DNA of 64,000 nt from an uncultured Desulfatitalea sp. (GTDB taxonomy: Bacteria; Desulfobacterota; Desulfobacteria; Desulfobacterales; Desulfosarcinaceae). Positions 28,011 through 38,804 of this stretch are shown in pieces. The notes below the pieces were generated by a model. That model ran no database searches and was not told the origin of the DNA. It saw nothing but the letters and a program-made list of their open reading frames with translations. The stretch lies in contig CAXXMB010000002.1 of assembly GCA_963668675.2 (NCBI GenBank), positions 3,136,001-3,200,000 on the forward strand, given 5' to 3'. Within the stretch, counting starts at the first letter, position 1, and the number at the start of each line of letters is the position of its first letter. The position numbers and the translations under genes were made by a program.

Positions 28011-30002
28011 TTGCAGAAACAAATTTGGATAGATGAACATGCCCCAAGGGCGCTTGGGCGCATCCAGCAGCGGATTGAGTCGGATTTGGCTTCGGATATC
28101 GCATCAGGGCAGCACGAGTGGCAGGATTTTAAGCAACGACTGAAGGAGCATTGGAGTAAACTCTTCTCCCTGCTCCATCATCTGTATGGATGGCAGTACG
28201 ATTTTTTCTTTCACCTGGAGCAGATTACGCTTGCTGCAGCAAGGAGTTGGCTCACCCGGCCGGATGATTTGAAAGCGTTGGATGCACAACGAGAGGCAAC
28301 GCCCGATTGGTTTCAATCCCAGGAGATGATGGGCGGCGTTCTCTATGTGGACCTGTTCAGCGACAAGCTGGCCCGATTGCATGAGCATATCGTCTATTTT
28401 AAAAAATTGGGGCTCACATACCTGCACCTCATGCCGCTTTTCGCGGTACCCCATGGCGAAAATGACGGCGGTTATGCGGTCAGCGATTACAGGGCCATCA
28501 ATCCTGACATCGGCACCATGGAGGAGTTGTCCCGTCTGGCGCTTGCACTGAGGGAAGAAGGGATCGATCTGGTATTGGATTTTGTGTTCAACCACACATC
28601 GGACGAACACCAATGGGCGCGCAGGGCCCAGGCAGGAGACCGTCAATACCAGGATTACTACCATCTTTTCGATGATCGCACCCTGCCTGATCAATACCAG
28701 GTTCACCTGCGCGATATTTTTCCCACCATTCGGAGGGGCAGTTTCACGTGGCATGAGAAGATGCAGAAGTGGGTCTGGACGACTTTCAACAGCTATCAAT
28801 GGGATCTGAACTATGCCAATCCGGAGGTCTTTCGCGCCATGGCCGAAGAGATGCTCTTCTTGGCCAACCAAGGTGTGACGGTCCTTCGGCTGGACGCGAT
28901 CGCTTTTATATGGAAACGGTTGGGAACCGTTTGCGAAAACTTGCCCGAAGCGCACATGATCGTTCAAGCCTTCAACACTCTCGCGAGGATCGCTGCACCC
29001 GGTCTGCTCTTCAAATCAGAGGCGATCGTGCATCCGGACGAGGTGATCGCATATGTGCGGCCCGACGAGTGTCAGCTCTCCTACAACCCGACGCTGATGG
29101 CGCTGTTGTGGGAAGCCCTGGCCACACGTGAAGTCAAGTTGCTCGAGCATGCCATGCGCCATCGCAGCCATCTGCCGGAGGGGTGTGCCTGGGTCAACTA
29201 CCTGCGCTGCCATGATGACATCGGCTGGACCTTCGACGATGCCGATGCCCGTCGCGTCGGCATTGATCCGGTGGGGCACCGCAGGTTTCTCAATGCGTTC
29301 TACACCGGACGGTTTGAGGGCTCCTTCGCCAGGGGATTGCCTTTTCAATTCAATCCGGAGAATGGTGATTTGAGAGTGTCGGGGACACTGGCCTCGCTGG
29401 CCGGCTTGGAGCAGGCCATCGAGGAAGAAGATATGGAGCGAATCGAAATTGCCGTGCGGCGTATCAACTTGTTGCGTAGCATGCTTCTCTGCGCCGGCGG
29501 ACTTCCGCTTGTCTATTTGGGGGATGAGTGGGGCATGCTCAACGACTATACCTTTCTGACCGATCCCATCAAGGCCGGCGACAGCCGATGGGTGCACCGC
29601 TCGAAACGCAAGTGGGACGCGCGTGACGATTTGACCGATGCCGAAACGCTGCAATGGCGGTTTTTCAATGAGATGGTTCGCCTCATCAACATACGCAAGG
29701 GATTACCGGCTTTCTGCAATGGGGGGATGCGGGTGGTCGAGACGGGCAATCCGCATCTATTTGCGTTTATCCGCGAAAAGAGTGACCAACGGATCATGGT
29801 GGTCAATAACTTTTCCGAGCATGCCCAATCCATGGAATTTGATCGTCTGGAAAGAGAGAATTTTATCGGAACCATGGTTGATCGCGTAACCGGCGAAGCC
29901 ATTGATAGCGGTGCGGGGCTGCTCCTTGATGGCTATCGGTTTGCCTGGCTGGACGCGTATCTATCCCTGTCATCAACGGAAGTGGATGCACCTGGTTTTT
30001 AA
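28011..30002 (+). CDS. Amylosucrase/sucrose hydrolase-like GH13 enzyme
   Basis: [10 protein letters not shown] (nucleophile), FKSEAIVHP (acid/base), [19 protein letters not shown]. Start uncertain (27990/27993/28011); AGGAGG precedes TTG 28011. Confidence 0.88.
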   Translation: MQKQIWIDEHAPRALGRIQQRIESDLASDIASGQHEWQDFKQRLKEHWSKLFSLLHHLYGWQYDFFFHLEQITLAAARSWLTRPDDLKALDAQREATPDWFQSQEMMGGVLYVDLFSDKLARLHEHIVYFKKLGLTYLHLMPLFAVPHGENDGGYAVSDYRAINPDIGTMEELSRLALALREEGIDLVLDFVFNHTSDEHQWARRAQAGDRQYQDYYHLFDDRTLPDQYQVHLRDIFPTIRRGSFTWHEKMQKWVWTTFNSYQWDLNYANPEVFRAMAEEMLFLANQGVTVLRLDAIAFIWKRLGTVCENLPEAHMIVQAFNTLARIAAPGLLFKSEAIVHPDEVIAYVRPDECQLSYNPTLMALLWEALATREVKLLEHAMRHRSHLPEGCAWVNYLRCHDDIGWTFDDADARRVGIDPVGHRRFLNAFYTGRFEGSFARGLPFQFNPENGDLRVSGTLASLAGLEQAIEEEDMERIEIAVRRINLLRSMLLCAGGLPLVYLGDEWGMLNDYTFLTDPIKAGDSRWVHRSKRKWDARDDLTDAETLQWRFFNEMVRLINIRKGLPAFCNGGMRVVETGNPHLFAFIREKSDQRIMVVNNFSEHAQSMEFDRLERENFIGTMVDRVTGEAIDSGAGLLLDGYRFAWLDAYLSLSSTEVDAPGF

Positions 30003-30034
30003 TATTGACCCGGCGATTAAATGCCACAGCACTC

Positions 30035-30121
30035 GTCATTCCAGCGAAAGCTGGGCTCGCAGTGAAGCGCTATCCAGAATCTTGCTGGATTCCGGATCGA
30101 ATTCTGGATGACGAAGGTTGG
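30035..30121 (+). repeat. Short palindromic intergenic repeat, copy 2
   Basis: GTCATTCCAGCGAAAGCTGG...GGATGACGAAGGTTGG between convergent genes. Confidence 0.75.
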
Positions 30122-30138
30122 CCTGTTTCGATGCCGGA

Positions 30139-30939
30139 TTAATAATACCGTCGCGCACCTTTGTAGCGGGGATGGAAGTAGCTGTTGGAGAGAGCGGCCG
30201 TACGAATGCGCTTTCCCCTGCCGGGCGCATGGATGAACCTCCCACTGCCCACGTAAATGCCCACATGCGAGATGCGGCTGCTGCGGCCGGTGGCGAAGAA
30301 GACGAGATCGCCGGGTGCCAGGGCGTTTCGCCCTATCGATATTCCGGCACGGTATTGACTGTAGGCGTTGCGTGGCAGTTCCAGCCCGTTGAGGCGGTAG
30401 ACCGTCATGGTCAATCCGCTGCAGTCGAAACCGTTGCTCACCGAAGCGCCGCCCCACCGGTAGGGGATACCTATAAACCGGCGTGCCGTCTCTACAATGC
30501 TCTCCTGCAGGTGCTTTTCGGGATCGGTCCGACCGCCCGTGGGTCCTGGGCGTATGATGAAATAGTCTGAAATCAGCCCCCGGATCTGGAGCGCCAGCGC
30601 GCGATTGCGTGCGGCCTCTTTGGTGCCAAATCGTTCGAACCGGACTTTGTAGAGGCCGTCCGTGTCGATAAAATAGTAAGCGTCCAGACCGGCGGACTTC
30701 ATACGTTCGGCGTAGCGTGCAGCACGACCGACTGTGGAGAAGGCACCCACCTGGATGGTGAACTGTATGGCCGGCAGGGGCGGAACCGTCCGGGTTGCCA
30801 TGGGTGATGGTGCTGTAGGAACTCTCGCCCGCAGCGGCCTCACACTGCTTGTGCATCCGGAAACCATCAATACAGCACATGTCAGGCTCAACAACAGACG
30901 ACCACAGGTGGTTTGAAACAGTACTGTTTTTTTAACCAT
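30139..30939 (-). CDS. SPOR + NlpC/P60 peptidoglycan endopeptidase lipoprotein
   Basis: Lipobox VSGC; IQVGAF SPOR domain; PYRWGG, FDCSGL, HVGIY, FIHA. Confidence 0.92.
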   Translation of the reverse strand: MVKKTVLFQTTCGRLLLSLTCAVLMVSGCTSSVRPLRARVPTAPSPMATRTVPPLPAIQFTIQVGAFSTVGRAARYAERMKSAGLDAYYFIDTDGLYKVRFERFGTKEAARNRALALQIRGLISDYFIIRPGPTGGRTDPEKHLQESIVETARRFIGIPYRWGGASVSNGFDCSGLTMTVYRLNGLELPRNAYSQYRAGISIGRNALAPGDLVFFATGRSSRISHVGIYVGSGRFIHAPGRGKRIRTAALSNSYFHPRYKGARRYY

Positions 30940-31025
30940 GTGATCGATATTACTTCCATTGATTTTCAATTTCAACTGCAGGAGGTGGAACGGCGTGCTG
31001 GGGTGGAACCGACGCTGCGGTTACC

Positions 31026-32012
31026 TTACCCACAGGCCAAGGGATCTTTCATGAACGCCTCATCCGCCGCCTCGGGGGGCAATTTGACCACGAGGACGCT
31101 GGCCGGCGACCGCTCCAGCACCTGCATGGGAAGGCTCCCGACCATCAGGCGGTAGACATCATGGCGCAAGCTGGCCCCCATCATGATCACCGTCTCCCGG
31201 CCGGCGGCCTCTATGATCTGTTCTGCCCGGCGACTGCTCTCCACGACGATACGGCGGCCCGCCTTGTTGCAGTTGGCCAGCCATTCGCCGGCATGAGCCA
31301 GACACTCCTGCGCGGCTTTAACGGTCTGCTCGTTGTCTTTAGGCTTTTGGATACAGATCAGGTCCACCGGGGGGGCGATGGCGGGCAGCAGGTGTTTGAG
31401 CATCGGAAACTGTCGGCGCGAGGAGGGGGAGCCATCGGCGCAGACCAGAAAGCGGCTGTCTGGCCCGCCGGCGCGTACCACCAGTAGTGAGGTGTGCAGG
31501 TCGAGGGCCAGTTTTCGGGTGGTGCTGCCGGTTACCCATCTCCCCAGGCGGCTGCGCTGCGGGGGGGCGGCGATGAGAAGATCGTAGTGGTGCTCATCGA
31601 TCTCCCTGTTGAGGGCTTCGATAAAGTGCCCGTAAGATTCGTAAAACGGAACCCGGGTGCCGTCGGCCGCATTGCACACGAACATATGGCCCTTGGGAAT
31701 ATCGCGGATCTTGATGGATGGCGTCGCTACCAGGACGTCCCTGTCGATGAGATGCTCCATGGCCTGCGTCAATATCTGAAGACCGCGCGGCAACCGCTCT
31801 CGTTCGGCCAGGGGGAAATCGACGCCCACCGGCGGCGGGTCTTCAGCGGCGTGGGTGCCGGTGCGAACCGTGATCACGGCAATTTCGGCCTCTATCCGCT
31901 TGGAGAGTTCGGCCGCAAAGTGCAGCGCTTTTTCGGTCGCCGGCTTCCCGTCGATGCAAACAAGCAGTTTCAGCATAGCACCACTCTTTCCCTTCTTTGA
32001 CAAAGCCGGCAT
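31026..32012 (-). CDS. Tandem universal stress protein
   Basis: LLVCIDG and FLVCADGS USP repeats; start may be 31976. Confidence 0.85.
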   Translation of the reverse strand: MPALSKKGKSGAMLKLLVCIDGKPATEKALHFAAELSKRIEAEIAVITVRTGTHAAEDPPPVGVDFPLAERERLPRGLQILTQAMEHLIDRDVLVATPSIKIRDIPKGHMFVCNAADGTRVPFYESYGHFIEALNREIDEHHYDLLIAAPPQRSRLGRWVTGSTTRKLALDLHTSLLVVRAGGPDSRFLVCADGSPSSRRQFPMLKHLLPAIAPPVDLICIQKPKDNEQTVKAAQECLAHAGEWLANCNKAGRRIVVESSRRAEQIIEAAGRETVIMMGASLRHDVYRLMVGSLPMQVLERSPASVLVVKLPPEAADEAFMKDPLACG

Positions 32013-33854
32013 TTATGAAGCCCTGCCCGGGGCGTTTAACGCCTGCTCCTCCGGTTCAGCCTGGGATGATTGGCACACCCGGGGAAGGACACCCGGCCCG
32101 AAGATCTCCCAGTTGCCCTTTTTGAGATCCGGGCACTCCTTGAAGATGATTTCCGGACAAGCTGCGCATACTGCAGGACAGAACGACTCCCGCATGGCCT
32201 GCCTGATGGCCCTGCCGGTGGCTGTGCGGACGTGGCCCTCGCCGATCTCTTTCAGTAATCCCGAGTTTTTAAGAGTGAGAAAGGCACGGTGATTCAGGCC
32301 GGAGAAATAGATGCCGCCCCCCCGCCGGCGCAACTCCTCCAATACAATCTCGAGCAGATGGACACCACTGGCATCCATGGTGTTCACTTTTTGCATGCGG
32401 ATCAGCAGGTTGGTTGTGTTGGGATGGCTGCGCAACCGCCGCTGCAGATCGTCCAGGACAAAGGCGGCCGAGCCGAAAAAGAGCGACCCCTCAATGGCGA
32501 CAATATCCATCTGGCAGCAGGTGTTTCCATAGGCAGATCCGGTCATTTTGCCGGTTTCCGGATCCGGTACAACCGAGTGGATGCGCGGGTGTGATGTGGC
32601 CGCCAGATGCAGGCCGATCGAGAGCAGCACTCCTGTGTAGATGGCAAATTCGATGTTGAGTACGAGCGTCGAGAGAAAGGTGATCACCAGAACGGCCGCG
32701 TCGCCGCGAGTGGTTTTGACGGTACGCGCGATATCCCGCACCCTGATCATGTCGTAGGATACGACGATGAGAACGCCGGCCAAGGCCGCGATGGGCAGAT
32801 TGGCCGCCAGCGGTGCGGCGAGCAATACGGTCAGCGCCACCGCCATGGCAGAGACGATGCCGCTCAGGGGGGTTCTGGCGCCGGACCTGAAATTGACCGC
32901 CGAACGGGTAAAGGATCCGCTGCCGGCATAGCCGCTGAATATGGCAGCGGAGACATTGGACAGGCCCTGGCCGACAAACTCCTGGTTGATGTTGATGCGC
33001 TGCCGCGTCTGGTCGGCGATGGATTTGGCGATGGAGACCGCCTCGACCAGTCCGAGAATGGCGATGGCCATGGCGCCGGGTACCAGCTTTCCGGCCTGAA
33101 AAACCGTCTCCACGTCAGGAAGGCGCAAGGCGGGCAACCGGCCGGAGATGGTGCCTACGACCGCCACACCCCGTTCATCGAGATCGAGCAGGGCAACCAT
33201 AGCGCCCACCACGATCATGGCAATGAGCGTGCCGGGCCAGTTCGGTCGGAGGCGCTTGAACCCGACAATGACCACGATGGTGATCGCCCCCAGTCCCAGG
33301 CTGATCCATTCGGTTTGATGCAGATGGGTGAGGATGCTCCACAGATGCTCGTAAAAGATCGAGGTCTTCTCTATTTCCAACCCGAGTAGCCCAGGGAGCT
33401 GTTTGAACGCGATCAGAAAGGCGGCACCGGTGGTGAATCCGATCAACACGGCGTGGGAGACGAAGTTGAGCAGTGCGCCCAGCCGGGCCACGCCCATGAT
33501 GATCTGAACCGCACCGACCATAAGTGCCATAAAGAGGGCCAGCTCGATGTAAGCCGCGCTGTTGGGTTGGGCCAGGGGGCTGAGGGCACTGAACACCACC
33601 AGGGAGACCGCTGTGGTGGGGCCGGTGATCAGGTGGGATGAACTGCCCCACAAACAGGCGATGATGGTAGGCACAATGGAGGCATAGAGACCGTACGCCA
33701 CCGGCAGGCCGGCAATGAGGGCGTACGCCATCGATTGGGGGACGGCCACCACTGCCACGGTCAAGCCTGCAAACAGATCGGGCTTGAGGAACCGTCGGCG
33801 GTAACCCCGCAGCCATGAAACAAAAGGCACCAGATTTTCAGGATGAAAATGCAC
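32013..33854 (-). CDS. SulP/SLC26 anion permease with STAS domain and C-terminal Cys cluster
   Basis: DLFAGLTVAVVAVPQSMAYA, GSFTRSAVN, STAS (LFFG, MDASG); GTG start 33854 after GGAGAGG. Confidence 0.93.
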   Translation of the reverse strand: MHFHPENLVPFVSWLRGYRRRFLKPDLFAGLTVAVVAVPQSMAYALIAGLPVAYGLYASIVPTIIACLWGSSSHLITGPTTAVSLVVFSALSPLAQPNSAAYIELALFMALMVGAVQIIMGVARLGALLNFVSHAVLIGFTTGAAFLIAFKQLPGLLGLEIEKTSIFYEHLWSILTHLHQTEWISLGLGAITIVVIVGFKRLRPNWPGTLIAMIVVGAMVALLDLDERGVAVVGTISGRLPALRLPDVETVFQAGKLVPGAMAIAILGLVEAVSIAKSIADQTRQRININQEFVGQGLSNVSAAIFSGYAGSGSFTRSAVNFRSGARTPLSGIVSAMAVALTVLLAAPLAANLPIAALAGVLIVVSYDMIRVRDIARTVKTTRGDAAVLVITFLSTLVLNIEFAIYTGVLLSIGLHLAATSHPRIHSVVPDPETGKMTGSAYGNTCCQMDIVAIEGSLFFGSAAFVLDDLQRRLRSHPNTTNLLIRMQKVNTMDASGVHLLEIVLEELRRRGGGIYFSGLNHRAFLTLKNSGLLKEIGEGHVRTATGRAIRQAMRESFCPAVCAACPEIIFKECPDLKKGNWEIFGPGVLPRVCQSSQAEPEEQALNAPGRAS

Positions 33855-34003
33855 GTTGCCTCTCCAATCTAAAACACAGCCGATACAAGATCCGGATCGA
33901 TGAAAAGATGCATCTTGCTTTTGCAATATTGCATAAGCCAGCATAATACTAGAATTGAATGTGGCAATCAAACGGCTTTCTCCGAATTTTTGCAGGAGAC
34001 AAA

Positions 34004-34672
34004 ATGGGCATAAAGATACTCGAAGGCCTCTGGCAGGTGTGCGGCGATGGCCTCACTCATCCGGGGGATGCCGCCGCCTATCTGATTCACATGGGCGCTG
34101 CCGCAGCGTTGATCGATGCAGGCACTGGACGAGGGCATGGGCAGTTGAAAAGCCACATCCAAAGGGCACTGCCGGCCGATGTGCCTTTGACACACCTGCT
34201 GTTGACCCATTGTCATTTCGATCACAGCGGGGGCGCCGAGAAGGTTCGCCGCGATTTCGGGTGCCGTATTGTGGCCCATGCGCTGGATGCCGTATATCTG
34301 GCGGCCGGCGACAGCACGGTAACGGCTGCCGCATGGTATGGTGCCGATATGGATCCGCTCGAGGTCGATGTCCTCCTGGAAGGTGAAATGAATAGCGTGC
34401 CCGTGGGCGATGGTGAGCTGACTGCGATTCACTGCCCGGGCCACTCTCCGGGATCTTTGGCCTATACGGCTGAAATCGAGGGACTGCACGTTCTTTTTGG
34501 CCAGGATATCCACGGACCGATCCATCCGGCCCTGCGCTCGGATGATGCACACTACCAGGCTTCCCTGGAAAAGTTGATGCACCTGGACGCGGATCTGCTG
34601 GCCGAGGGTCACTTCGGCGTCATCCGCGGGAAGGATCAGGTGCGCCGGTTCATACAATCCTATCGGGTGTGA
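34004..34672 (+). CDS. Metallo-beta-lactamase-fold hydrolase
   Basis: THCHFDH, PGHSPG, FGQD, EGH motifs; RBS AGGAG. Confidence 0.9.
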   Translation: MGIKILEGLWQVCGDGLTHPGDAAAYLIHMGAAAALIDAGTGRGHGQLKSHIQRALPADVPLTHLLLTHCHFDHSGGAEKVRRDFGCRIVAHALDAVYLAAGDSTVTAAAWYGADMDPLEVDVLLEGEMNSVPVGDGELTAIHCPGHSPGSLAYTAEIEGLHVLFGQDIHGPIHPALRSDDAHYQASLEKLMHLDADLLAEGHFGVIRGKDQVRRFIQSYRV

Positions 34673-34790
34673 GGGGACTCCGCCACTGGAAACCCGTTTG
34701 CGGCCACAGCAGACGCAAGAGCTGCCGCTATTGGTTGACAGTGCACTCCATAGGTCAGTATAAGCCATTGTCCTTTTGGCTGGAGATGCC

Positions 34791-35537
34791 ATGAAATATG
34801 TCAAAAAACTGCTTTCCCTGGGGAATCGGGCCATCAAGAAGATGGCGTATCTCGTTCGGGAGCGTTTCGACCTCATAGAGGTAAAAATTTTATCCATCGG
34901 GCTTCTGTTTACTCTTCTTCTCTGTCTTTATCTTCTGATACTTCTTTTTTTCGATACCGGTCTGTACGGCGTGCTCTCGTCGACGGCGATTATTCACCTC
35001 ATGGGGGGGCGGGGTCTGGGCATCGCCACCTGCCTCTCCGCCGGTCTTTCGACCTTTGCCACCATTGCATACAACTTTTTTCTTGAGGTCATTATCGTTC
35101 TGGTGGCTTATGGGATGGCCGTTCTGATCATTCGAAACGTCATCGAACCGAAACTGCTTAAAAGCGCCGTGCGGCAGGCGGAGCTGACCGCCCAAGAGCA
35201 GAAGACTAAGATCAAAAGGTATGGCGCCATAGGGCTTTTTTTATTTGTCATGTTTCCCTTCTTCATGACCGGGCCGGTCATTGGCGCTATCATCGGATAT
35301 CTGCTGCACTACAAAGCGATAAACAATTTTTTGATAGTCTTCAGCGGCACGCTGGTCGCCATCGTTATCTATGCTCTGATCGGCAACAGTGTTCTCGACT
35401 TTGTCAACGGCTATGTCGATGTCGGCCTGATAAAGACATGGGGCGGCGTCATCGTCGGCCTGCTGATCCTGATTTTCGCCGTCTACCACATCGGGACGGT
35501 GAAACGGTTTCTCGATCAGGAGGATGAGCCTTCTTGA
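34791..35537 (+). CDS. Membrane protein, putative small multidrug-export family
   Basis: Several TMs; GLFLFVMFPFFMTGPVIG motif. Confidence 0.65.
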   Translation: MKYVKKLLSLGNRAIKKMAYLVRERFDLIEVKILSIGLLFTLLLCLYLLILLFFDTGLYGVLSSTAIIHLMGGRGLGIATCLSAGLSTFATIAYNFFLEVIIVLVAYGMAVLIIRNVIEPKLLKSAVRQAELTAQEQKTKIKRYGAIGLFLFVMFPFFMTGPVIGAIIGYLLHYKAINNFLIVFSGTLVAIVIYALIGNSVLDFVNGYVDVGLIKTWGGVIVGLLILIFAVYHIGTVKRFLDQEDEPS

Positions 35538-35855
35538 CCCCCTCCGGTATTGCAGCATTGGGCACGAGACGGCCAGAAACGCTTTCAAGGTCGATATTCC
35601 AATTGACATTCGTTCTTCAACCCACTAATTATGACGGCACTACAAGCTCAATCCTGCTTTGTCTTCCCTGCCACCTGGTATTTAATGTAGGGCTTAATCT
35701 ATAGAAGAAAATTTGTCTTGTCTGGTGGCGCCGCTGGCGCCATGGCTGCCATTATGGCGGATATTCCGGAGGGGGTTGGTAGATTCCTCGTTTGAGCCTG
35801 TTTGGGCAGCAGGGGTGATCCTTCCGGCGATCATGGAACGAAATGGATGGGTACC

Positions 35856-37844
35856 ATGAGTGAGATCAATCTATCGGAGATGATAATCTCCCAGGACGCA
35901 AATCAGTGGAGGGCGTTTCGGGCAGACGAAGCGAACCAGCACCCCAATCTTTCCGGTGCCGATCTGAAGGGCGCCGATTTGGGCCATTTTGACCTGAGCG
36001 GCGCCGATCTGTCCGGTTGCGACTTGAGCGGCGCACAGCTGCAGGGGGCCAACCTGGAGGACGCCAACCTGAGAAAGGCGAATTTGAGTGGCGCGGATCT
36101 TACCAAAGCCAAACTCTCCGGGGCCAGGCTCATGTGTGCCAATCTGTTCAAGGCGGTTCTGCGCAATGCGGATCTTCGCCAGGTCGAGTTCAATGCCGCC
36201 CGTCTGCGCAGTGCTGTCATCTCTGGAGCGAACCTGACCGGTGCGATTCTAAACGGCGCCAATCTGAAGCAGGCACTGTTGAAAAATGCCAATTTGACCA
36301 ATGCGCGCCTCAATGCGACCAAACTCAGCGAGGCGGACCTGACCGGAGCGAATCTGACCGATGCCGATCTGTCAGGCGCCATTCTGGATGGCACCGATCT
36401 CTCCCGGGCTGTATTGAAAAAGGGCAGTCTGAAGGCCGCCAAGCTCAAGGGGGTCATTCTGCGCGGGCACAATTTGCGGGAAGTGGACCTGAGCAGATCC
36501 AACCTGCGTGGCGCTGATCTGCGCAACACCTTCCTCGAAGGCGCGGATCTGAGGGAGACCGATCTGTGCGGCGCCCGATTGAGCGGCGCCAATTTGAACC
36601 GTGTCTCCCTGGAGCAGGCCAAAGGCGCCGGTGCGGATTTTACCGGTGCCCAGTTGTGTGCCGCCAACCTCTGCGCTGCAGGATTAAGGAAAGCGTGTCT
36701 GCGTGAGGCCGATTTGAACGGGGCCAAACTGGATGGCGCCGAGCTGAATGAAGCCGATCTCTCCAGTGCCAAGCTGGTGAAAGCCCGTTTAAAGGGCGCC
36801 GGCTTGAGACATGCCGTGTTGAGCCGGGCCAACCTGAGCAAAGCCGATCTCTCCGAGAGCGATTTGCGCAATGCCGATCTCACCCGCTGCCATATTGCCG
36901 AGGCCGATCTCTCCGGTGCCAGGGCAAATGGGGCCGATTTGAGCTGGTCCGATCTGACCGACGCCCGACTGCTGGGCACCGTGCTCGATATGACCACCCT
37001 TCGTCATGCCACTCTGAATGGCGCCGATTTCACCGGTGCGCGACTCGTCAGTGCCAATCTGAGTGAAGCGCGCATGGTGGGAACCGTTCTCAAGGGGGCC
37101 GATTTGAGCAAAGCCCGAATGGCCAAGGTCGATCTGCGCAATGCCGATTTAAGCGATGCCATATGTGTGGGGATCGATCTCTCCGAAGCGGATATTACGG
37201 GTGCCGATATTGCCAACGCCAATATGTCGGATTGGACCATCACCGATATCATCTGCTGCCATGCGTTTTCGGGTGAGCGTCGCATCGACTTCAAGTCCGG
37301 TGAGTTCGAGAAGACCTATTCGGTGGCTGAAAACACCGTTCGTCTGGAGCTTGCCCTTCCCTTGTCGGACATTGCCTACTATATCGGCCGGATCATTGAG
37401 AGGGGGCTAAGGCACGCATTCGGGGCGCATACCCTCTTCTTCGAGGGCCTCAGATCATCCGCAGATGGTACGACCCGCTTTCTCTATCGCAACGTGGGCA
37501 CCAGCGAGCAACTCAACGTGGTCGGTACAAAGTTGGCGGCCATACGTCTGCGGCTTCAGCCGATATTGAGCGATATTGCGAATAACGGTTCGAAAGCATC
37601 CGGACTGAAGCCCCATGAGATGGCCGACATACCATTTCAGCCGGTGATGATTGCCCGCCCCAAAGAGATCGTCACTCAGATGAACGACCGTTATGTCAAG
37701 ATGCATACGCTGATCCGGCATGTTCTGCTGGCAGTGACGGAAGAGACCAGGGCGACGGGTGCCCAGCACGTCCATTCTTCTACGGAGAAGATACCTGTTG
37801 CCGGAGGGGTTTGCATCGAGACGGATGAGTTTGTCATGTTCTAA
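35856..37844 (+). CDS. Long pentapeptide-repeat protein with unrecognised C-terminal domain
   Basis: Over 400 aa of A(D/N)LXX repeats, then about 200 aa of non-repeat sequence; start uncertain (35802-35856). Confidence 0.92.
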   Translation: MSEINLSEMIISQDANQWRAFRADEANQHPNLSGADLKGADLGHFDLSGADLSGCDLSGAQLQGANLEDANLRKANLSGADLTKAKLSGARLMCANLFKAVLRNADLRQVEFNAARLRSAVISGANLTGAILNGANLKQALLKNANLTNARLNATKLSEADLTGANLTDADLSGAILDGTDLSRAVLKKGSLKAAKLKGVILRGHNLREVDLSRSNLRGADLRNTFLEGADLRETDLCGARLSGANLNRVSLEQAKGAGADFTGAQLCAANLCAAGLRKACLREADLNGAKLDGAELNEADLSSAKLVKARLKGAGLRHAVLSRANLSKADLSESDLRNADLTRCHIAEADLSGARANGADLSWSDLTDARLLGTVLDMTTLRHATLNGADFTGARLVSANLSEARMVGTVLKGADLSKARMAKVDLRNADLSDAICVGIDLSEADITGADIANANMSDWTITDIICCHAFSGERRIDFKSGEFEKTYSVAENTVRLELALPLSDIAYYIGRIIERGLRHAFGAHTLFFEGLRSSADGTTRFLYRNVGTSEQLNVVGTKLAAIRLRLQPILSDIANNGSKASGLKPHEMADIPFQPVMIARPKEIVTQMNDRYVKMHTLIRHVLLAVTEETRATGAQHVHSSTEKIPVAGGVCIETDEFVMF

Positions 37845-38065
37845 GCAACTTCCATCAATCGACATTTTTGCAACCACCTCAATAGCGGCTTGGTTTTATC
37901 TATCGAACGCTCCGCAACGTTATGGAGCATCTTACTGTATAAAGATGAAGCCATATCCACAATTATTGTGAAAAGCATTTCTTAAAATCCGCTCCACTAC
38001 TTCACGCCCTGAGAGTATTTTTAATTATTCAAGCCTGATATGCAATTTTAATAGATTTGATTGCT

Positions 38066-38081
38066 TGGCACGATTATTGGA
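38066..38081 (+). promoter_or_regulatory. Possible sigma54 promoter
   Basis: TGGCACG-ATTA-TTGGA: perfect -24, one mismatch at -12, in an AT-rich intergenic region. Confidence 0.45.
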
Positions 38082-38431
38082 AGAAGTATTGTGCATGCGC
38101 TTTGCAGGCAACGCGTTCCACCTAAACGAAACCAGCCAATACGGTTTTCAGACCTGCTGCTTGCTGCGAGCGCCTGATGAAAATAGTCCCGGAGTTTCAT
38201 CTGCCAATAGTGTCCCCACACCTGCTGCTGAGACAGAGTACACCATCGTTATCTCTTCCTCGGTTGTCAGCAAAACACTACATTGTGAGAAATGTCACAC
38301 TGGCTTGATGTCTTGGATCACACTCTTTTTCATTCACTTCGAATAAATTGGCTCACAAGCATCAGAAGGCGCCAAATCCTTCAGCCTGGCTTGAGAAACA
38401 ACCCGGGTGGCAGCAAAGAAGAGGAGAGGTC

Positions 38432-38668
38432 ATGAATCGCAAAGAGCTCCTGAATCAGTTGCAGAACGAAACGGATCCCGATGCCCAGATCCAGGCATTG
38501 CGGCACCTGGAATTCTACATCGACGATCCCCATGTGCTAAATGTGTTTTGCCACACGCTGCTCGCAACGAGCCACCTTACTTTGCGGACACGAATCATGG
38601 ATGTGATGCGGCCCAAAGTGGACTGGTCCCACCACTCATACTTTCCGGCAATCGACAAAAGGGCCTGA
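38432..38668 (+). CDS. Small hypothetical protein (78 aa), HEAT-like helical pattern, possibly truncated
   Basis: Strong RBS AGGAGAGG before ATG; ETDPDAQIQALRHL helix pattern. Confidence 0.55.
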   Translation: MNRKELLNQLQNETDPDAQIQALRHLEFYIDDPHVLNVFCHTLLATSHLTLRTRIMDVMRPKVDWSHHSYFPAIDKRA

Positions 38669-38804
38669 CCGGAAACCGGAGCCGCTTCGGCGATTCATGG
38701 CTTGCCGCAGCGGGCGCCACCGGAGTGAGGTCCTTATTCTCCGCTCTATGCCTGAAATTGTTCTAATGGCATCGGTTAGCCTGACGCTGTTGGCTGAAAG
38801 GCCG

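Noticed and set aside
32130..32190. CxxxCxxC in the SulP tail as a radical SAM motif
   Set aside because: It lies at the extreme C-terminus of a permease with no radical SAM barrel following.
33915..33945. Sigma54 promoter upstream of sulP (TGGCTTA...TTGCA)
   Set aside because: GG-to-GC spacing does not fit the strict -24/-12 requirement.
35903..36997. 364-aa repetitive minus-strand ORF (RSAP repeats)
   Set aside because: Reverse-strand echo of the pentapeptide-repeat gene.
35940..37230. CRISPR-like or DNA tandem-repeat periodicity (gccgatct/gccaatct)
   Set aside because: The 15-nt periodicity comes from pentapeptide coding; no identical repeats with unique spacers and no cas genes.
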